Source of the DNA: an uncultured Acidobacteriota bacterium
GTDB lineage: Bacteria > Acidobacteriota > Vicinamibacteria > Vicinamibacterales > UBA2999
Assembly: GCA_963815285.1 (NCBI GenBank)
Contig: CAWFGB010000004.1
Coordinates: forward strand, 521,440-585,439
Reading direction: 5' to 3'
DNA: 64,000 bases
The notes below the pieces were generated by a model. It ran no database searches and was not told the DNA's origin. It worked only from the letters and a program-made list of their open reading frames with translations. The position numbers and the translations under genes are program-made. Numbering within the stretch: the first letter of the stretch is position 1; every line of letters begins with the position of its first letter. This document shows, one piece after another, positions 59,588 to 64,000 of this stretch.

Positions 59588-60796
59588 ATGTCGATGCACA
59601 AGACTGCTGTACTGCTTTCTGTTGTAGCGCTCCTCACAATCGCCGCTGACACGCTCGTCGCGGTGCCGAACGCGCCAACCGCGCTCGCGGCTGCAATCAG
59701 TGGCAACTCCGTCACCTTGACGTGGAACGGACCGGGCGGCGTTGTCAGCGCCTATCTGCTCGAGGCGGGTTCGGCGCCAGGTTTGTCGGATGTCGCCAAT
59801 GGCCAGATCGGTCTCTCGCCGTCGTATGTAGCCACGGGTGTGCCGACGGGCGTGTATTTCGTTCGCGTGCGCGCAATCAATGCCGAGGGAGCCGGGCCGG
59901 TATCCAATGAAGTGCAGATCACGGTGGAATCAGGCGTTTGCGCGGTCGCGCCGAGCCCCCCACAATTGGGCCCCGCAGTCGTGTTGGGCAGCATGGTGAC
60001 ATTTGCCTGGACGAGCGCTGCGAGCGGATGCGCGGCCACGAATTACACGCTTCATGCCGGCACAGCGCCGGCATTGGCCAATATCACCGCCGTGAACACC
60101 GGTGTCGCCACGAGCTTTGCTACCATTGCGCCCTCTGGGACTTATTACGTGCGCGTCACTGGCGGCAACTCGTATGGCACAAGCGCAGCGTCGAACGAAG
60201 TGCAGGTCGTCGTCGGCGGGTCAGGCGGGTGCGCGGTTCCACCGGATGCACCGCTGCTGGCAGTCCCGAACGTCTCGGGCAACCAGGTCACGTTTGCGTG
60301 GACGGCCGCAGCTGGTGGGTGCCCGGCAACGACTTTTACTCTTCAAGCCGGCTCAGCGCCGTCGCTCGCCAACATCACCGCGGTCAACGTAGGCGCCACG
60401 ACGAGTTTTGCCGCAAGCGCGCCGGCAGGGACTTATTACGTGCGCGTGGTCGGCAACAATGCTCACGGCGTGAGCGGACCCTCGAGCGAGATGCCGGTGG
60501 TCATTGCCGCCCCGCCATCATGGAGCATGAGCGGGACCAGCAGTAAGGACTTCGACATGCCGAGGACCGTGAAGCGCGTCCGCATCATCGCCAATTTCGT
60601 GACGTACAGCGCCAATTTTATCGTGGTGATCGACGGGAAGATCGTTGTCAACCAAACGTTAGGGACCGCACCCGTATACCCGACGACTCACTACGATGCA
60701 TTCCACGACACCACCGGCGGACCCGTGAAGGTGCTCGCTCAGTCAGGTGTTATCGTCCCCGGTGGACTGCCGTGGAGCATCACCGAAGTGCCCTGA
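59588..60796 (+). CDS. Secreted or anchored protein with three fibronectin-type-III-like modules and a C-terminal domain of about 95 aa of unknown function
   Basis: Hydrophobic N-terminus. Modules ending ..GTYYVRV.G.N..G.S..S.E. AAGGAA upstream of the ATG. Confidence 0.7.
   Translation: MSMHKTAVLLSVVALLTIAADTLVAVPNAPTALAAAISGNSVTLTWNGPGGVVSAYLLEAGSAPGLSDVANGQIGLSPSYVATGVPTGVYFVRVRAINAEGAGPVSNEVQITVESGVCAVAPSPPQLGPAVVLGSMVTFAWTSAASGCAATNYTLHAGTAPALANITAVNTGVATSFATIAPSGTYYVRVTGGNSYGTSAASNEVQVVVGGSGGCAVPPDAPLLAVPNVSGNQVTFAWTAAAGGCPATTFTLQAGSAPSLANITAVNVGATTSFAASAPAGTYYVRVVGNNAHGVSGPSSEMPVVIAAPPSWSMSGTSSKDFDMPRTVKRVRIIANFVTYSANFIVVIDGKIVVNQTLGTAPVYPTTHYDAFHDTTGGPVKVLAQSGVIVPGGLPWSITEVP
59939..60505 (+). 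repeat. Two tandem, closely related FN3-like coding modules (about 92 aa each, each with two conserved Cys)
   Basis: CAVAPSPPQL..VTFAWT.AA.GC.AT..TL.AG.AP.LANITAVN.G..TSFA..AP.GTYYVRV aligned by eye between aa 118-209 and aa 215-306. Confidence 0.8.
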
Positions 60797-61079
60797 ATGA
60801 GGAATTCTGGCGTCATCGTCTAATCGTCTTTGTTTCCTTCAGTAGCGCCTTGACGGTCTGAAGCTGAACGGCCGCACCGCGCTTGCCGCATGCGGCGCAG
60901 GCGTGGGCGCCGGGCTCGAGGGCAGGGAGATCGCAGCAGTTACTCGTCGCTTACGAGTATCAACCCTGAAGTGCGCTTCAGAGTCAAGCGTCCGGCCAGG
61001 ACGCCCCAGCCAATGCTCGGGCGCTCAAGCCACGGTTCTCGCCGAAGGGTGTCGCCACGGGTCGCGTGTAGCGCAGCAG

Positions 61080-63593
61080 CTATTCGCTCCGCAGCACATC
61101 GACGGGATTTACGGCTAGCGCTCGGCGCAGGGGAAGGTAACTCGCGGTGAGCACCGCTGCTATCAGGACCAGAATCGCTCCACCCAGGACACTGGGATCC
61201 AGCGGGCTCGTCTCATAGAGAGACGCTCGCATGGTGCGCCCCAGCAGGAGAGCGCCAAGGCTACCGGCCGCGGCCCCGGGCAACGCAAAGCGGATCGTGG
61301 GCGCCATGATCGCTCGCATGATCTGACCGGTATTCGCACCGAGTGCCATGCGGACGCCGATCTCCCGGCTGCGGCTCGTCACGAAAAAGTAGGTGACGGC
61401 AAACACACCCGTGGCAGCGACCGACAACGCAATCAACGCGATGATCACGAACAGCGCCGTTTGGAAGCTGTGTTTCGACCAGGACAACTGCGCCCGCGCT
61501 TCCATCGTCTGGACGTCGAACAGCGCGAGGTCCGGGTCGGCGCGTCTCACCGACTGGGCAAGTTGTGGCACCAGGCCGAGCGATTCAACGCCACTTGCGC
61601 GCACGAGCACCATCCGGTTTGGATACGTGAACTGCGCATACGCCGTGAAGAAGTCGGGTTGAACGGCGTTTTCGTTGAGCGGCTGATAGGCCACATTGCC
61701 GACAATCCCAACGATTTCGGCACTCGTCTCAGGACTGCCGAATGCCGCCGCACCCTCGAACCACACACGCTTCCCGATCGGATCCTCTCCCGGCCAGAAC
61801 CTCTGCCCTGCTGCTTCGTTGATGACGACGACAGCGGAACTACCGGCTCGATCTCTGTCTTCGAGTCCGCGTCCGCGAATAATCGGCACACGCAGCGTCT
61901 TGAAGTGATTTGGTGAGACGTAATGCCGGAGCACTGTGGGCGCATCCGCTGGAGTCGTGTGTGGCCGGCCGACGATTCGCAGGGACCCGTTCGCACATTG
62001 CGTTGACAGTGGCGCACAACCGTCCACCGTCGCGGCCTCCACTCCCGGCACCCGCTCGATCTCCTCCAACACGCGGTCGAGCAGCGCCGGCGCCTTGGTC
62101 GCGTCGTACTTCACCTCCGACGGACGGATCATGAAGGTGATTAAGCCGTTCGGGTCGAATCCCAGAGGGGCCTGACGCAACCGGGCATAGCTGCTCAGCA
62201 GCAGGCCACAACCAACGAGGAGCACTACCGCGAGGCACACCTGAAGGCCGACGATCGTTTCGCGAAGACTCAGTCGTGCGCCGCCGGACACAGCGGCGCC
62301 CCCTGACTTGAGATCGGCCGCGATCGACGTGCGCGTGGAACGGAGCGCGGGCAGCAGAGCAAACAGCAGAACGGTGCACGCACAGATGACGAAGGTGAAG
62401 ACGAAGAGGCGCCAGTCCACGTTCGGAGTCGCGAACTCGCCAACGGCGCCGTAAAAATTGCGGCCGCGCGCAAGTGTGATTGGGATGTGCAAGAAAGGCA
62501 TGACCCACGCAGTCACGACGAGGGTGAGAGCACCCGCAGCCGCAGCAAGGACTGCGCCCTCGATGAGCATCTGACCAACGAGACGTGCACGGCCCGATCC
62601 AATCGCCAGCCGGATCGCGATCTCGCGTCGTCGCGCCGCGGCTCGGCCAACGAGCAGGCCGGCGACGTTGGCGCACGCAATCAGAAGAAGCATGGCGGCC
62701 GCAGCCCCGAGCAGCAGCAAAGCGCGGCGCGTGACGACGTCGATCCGCGCGTCGTTCAACGTCATCGCCGTGGCCGAGAACTCGTCCTGCGGCGTGTCGG
62801 TGTCGCTCGGCTGCTCCGCATGAATCTGAGGGCCGAGGATCGCGAGTTCCGCGCGAGCCGAGTCGAGCGTGACATCCCGGCGCAGCCGTCCAATCACCGT
62901 GATGAAATTCTGATTCGTGATCAGGTAGTCGCGATACGTCACGAGCGGGGCAACCGTCGCGGGTATCCAGGCCTGCGCAAGCCCGGACACGCCATTGAAG
63001 CCGCGCGCCGCGACGCCGACCACCGTAAACGGGACCTCATTCAGTTCCAACGTAGAGCCGATGACAGGCTCGATTCCACCGAACCTCCGCTGCCACACGT
63101 CGTGGCCGATGACGATGGCATGCGATGTTGCTCCGTCGATCCCGTCGCCCTCGACGAAACCACGGCCTGAGACGAGCGGCGCGCGCATCACATTGAGGTA
63201 ACTCGTGGACACGATCTCGACCGCAAGTGGCTCTGGTTGGCTGGAACCGGTCACGGTCACGACGTTGTTGGAGCTCGTCGCAACTCCCTCGAACGATTTG
63301 ACATTGCGCTGCAGCAACTGAAAGCGCGGCCAGGACCAACGGTGCCGCAGCTCGCCTTCCCGCGGCGTTCGCTGGGTGATGTTCAGCACGGCCAGGCGGT
63401 CCGCATCTGCGAAGGGAGGCCTGCGAATCATGGCGGCATCCACGAGGCTGAAGATCGCCGCCGAGCTCCCAATGCCAAGCGTGAGGGAAAGGAGCGCGGC
63501 CGCGGTAAACACCGGCGTGCGCCGGAGAGTCCGCACGGCGTATCGCAAGTCGTGGAGTATCACTGCGCGAACCTCGAGGCCGGTGGTAGCCAA
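61080..63593 (-). CDS. ADOP-family (MacB/FtsX-like duplicated orphan) ABC transporter permease, intact
   Basis: ILHDLRYAVRTLRRTPVFTAAALLSLTLGIGSSAAIFSLVDA.., two FtsX-type 4-TM halves, C-terminus ..ASYLPLRRALAVNPVDVLRSE. 837 aa. Confidence 0.85.
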   Translation of the reverse strand: MATTGLEVRAVILHDLRYAVRTLRRTPVFTAAALLSLTLGIGSSAAIFSLVDAAMIRRPPFADADRLAVLNITQRTPREGELRHRWSWPRFQLLQRNVKSFEGVATSSNNVVTVTGSSQPEPLAVEIVSTSYLNVMRAPLVSGRGFVEGDGIDGATSHAIVIGHDVWQRRFGGIEPVIGSTLELNEVPFTVVGVAARGFNGVSGLAQAWIPATVAPLVTYRDYLITNQNFITVIGRLRRDVTLDSARAELAILGPQIHAEQPSDTDTPQDEFSATAMTLNDARIDVVTRRALLLLGAAAAMLLLIACANVAGLLVGRAAARRREIAIRLAIGSGRARLVGQMLIEGAVLAAAAGALTLVVTAWVMPFLHIPITLARGRNFYGAVGEFATPNVDWRLFVFTFVICACTVLLFALLPALRSTRTSIAADLKSGGAAVSGGARLSLRETIVGLQVCLAVVLLVGCGLLLSSYARLRQAPLGFDPNGLITFMIRPSEVKYDATKAPALLDRVLEEIERVPGVEAATVDGCAPLSTQCANGSLRIVGRPHTTPADAPTVLRHYVSPNHFKTLRVPIIRGRGLEDRDRAGSSAVVVINEAAGQRFWPGEDPIGKRVWFEGAAAFGSPETSAEIVGIVGNVAYQPLNENAVQPDFFTAYAQFTYPNRMVLVRASGVESLGLVPQLAQSVRRADPDLALFDVQTMEARAQLSWSKHSFQTALFVIIALIALSVAATGVFAVTYFFVTSRSREIGVRMALGANTGQIMRAIMAPTIRFALPGAAAGSLGALLLGRTMRASLYETSPLDPSVLGGAILVLIAAVLTASYLPLRRALAVNPVDVLRSE

Positions 63594-63900
63594 TCCGTTG
63601 CCAGCGTCTGCCGAGCGCTCAATCCTTTTCGATAGTGAGGCTTACGTCGCGCCGTCACGCACAGCCAGCCCGGCTGAGGTTCGGATGTGGGATGCCAAGT
63701 GCCATGTCCGAGCATTTTCATCAGCGCTGACCGAAGATTACGGGTCGTTCCAATTGGACACGCTGGTCATGTACTGCCATGCAAAACGAAATCGCCCGGG
63801 TGGTGCCCCGGGTGGCGACGCGCACGGTTCGGCTCGAGGCAGCGCGCATTTGTCCTTAGCGCGTTCATATACCCTCCGCCGCCGGCTCCGTCGATGCCGA

Positions 63901-64000
63901 CGTGTCGCTGTTGTGGACCTGGCGATCTCCCGCAGCTTCTCGCTGCCACGGGGGAGCCGGCTGACGTTCCGCGCCGAGGCCACCAACGCGTTCAACATCG
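63901..64000 (+). pseudogene. C-terminal-type segment of a TonB-dependent-receptor-like gene running off the window; no matching upstream ORF
   Basis: VAVVDLAISRSFSLPRGSRLTFRAEATNAFNI is a typical late beta-strand motif of this family. The 250 nt upstream are not obviously coding in any plus frame. Confidence 0.35.

Overview
Visibly GC-rich bacterial chromosomal window. The gene content looks Acidobacteriota-like: ADOP/MacB-type orphan permeases, a CarboxypepD_reg-type TonB-dependent receptor, Ser/Thr kinases with PD40/WD40 propellers, and CadC-like wHTH-TPR regulators. That taxonomic guess is inference only. I support about 45 protein-coding genes. They include an E. coli-type frdABCD operon, greB, a divergent uvrA-like gene, VapBC, a triple-RidA gene next to a PLP dehydratase, large M14 and M28 peptidases, a collagen-like protein, a P450 gene coupled to a di-haem lipoprotein gene, and an ECF sigma gene followed by a giant kinase-STAND-WD40 gene. 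I found no rRNA gene, complete tRNA, CRISPR array, transposase or integrase. Three things stand out. (1) Signalling modules are built on an unusual wHTH-FHA one-component regulator. There are two intact copies plus four orphan 3' relics, and all but one intact copy (128..757) end in a conserved 21-nt core; two relics extend into a 73-nt repeat. (2) There are many single-nucleotide frame breaks in otherwise well-conserved genes, plus three head-to-tail internally deleted genes. This means either genuine gene decay or indel errors in the assembly. (3) Several tightly coupled gene pairs have no textbook explanation: NTase-wHTH with the UvrA paralogue, P450 with the di-haem lipoprotein, and a small ORF with frdABCD. 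All calls come from reading the translated ORFs and the DNA by eye; no database search was run.
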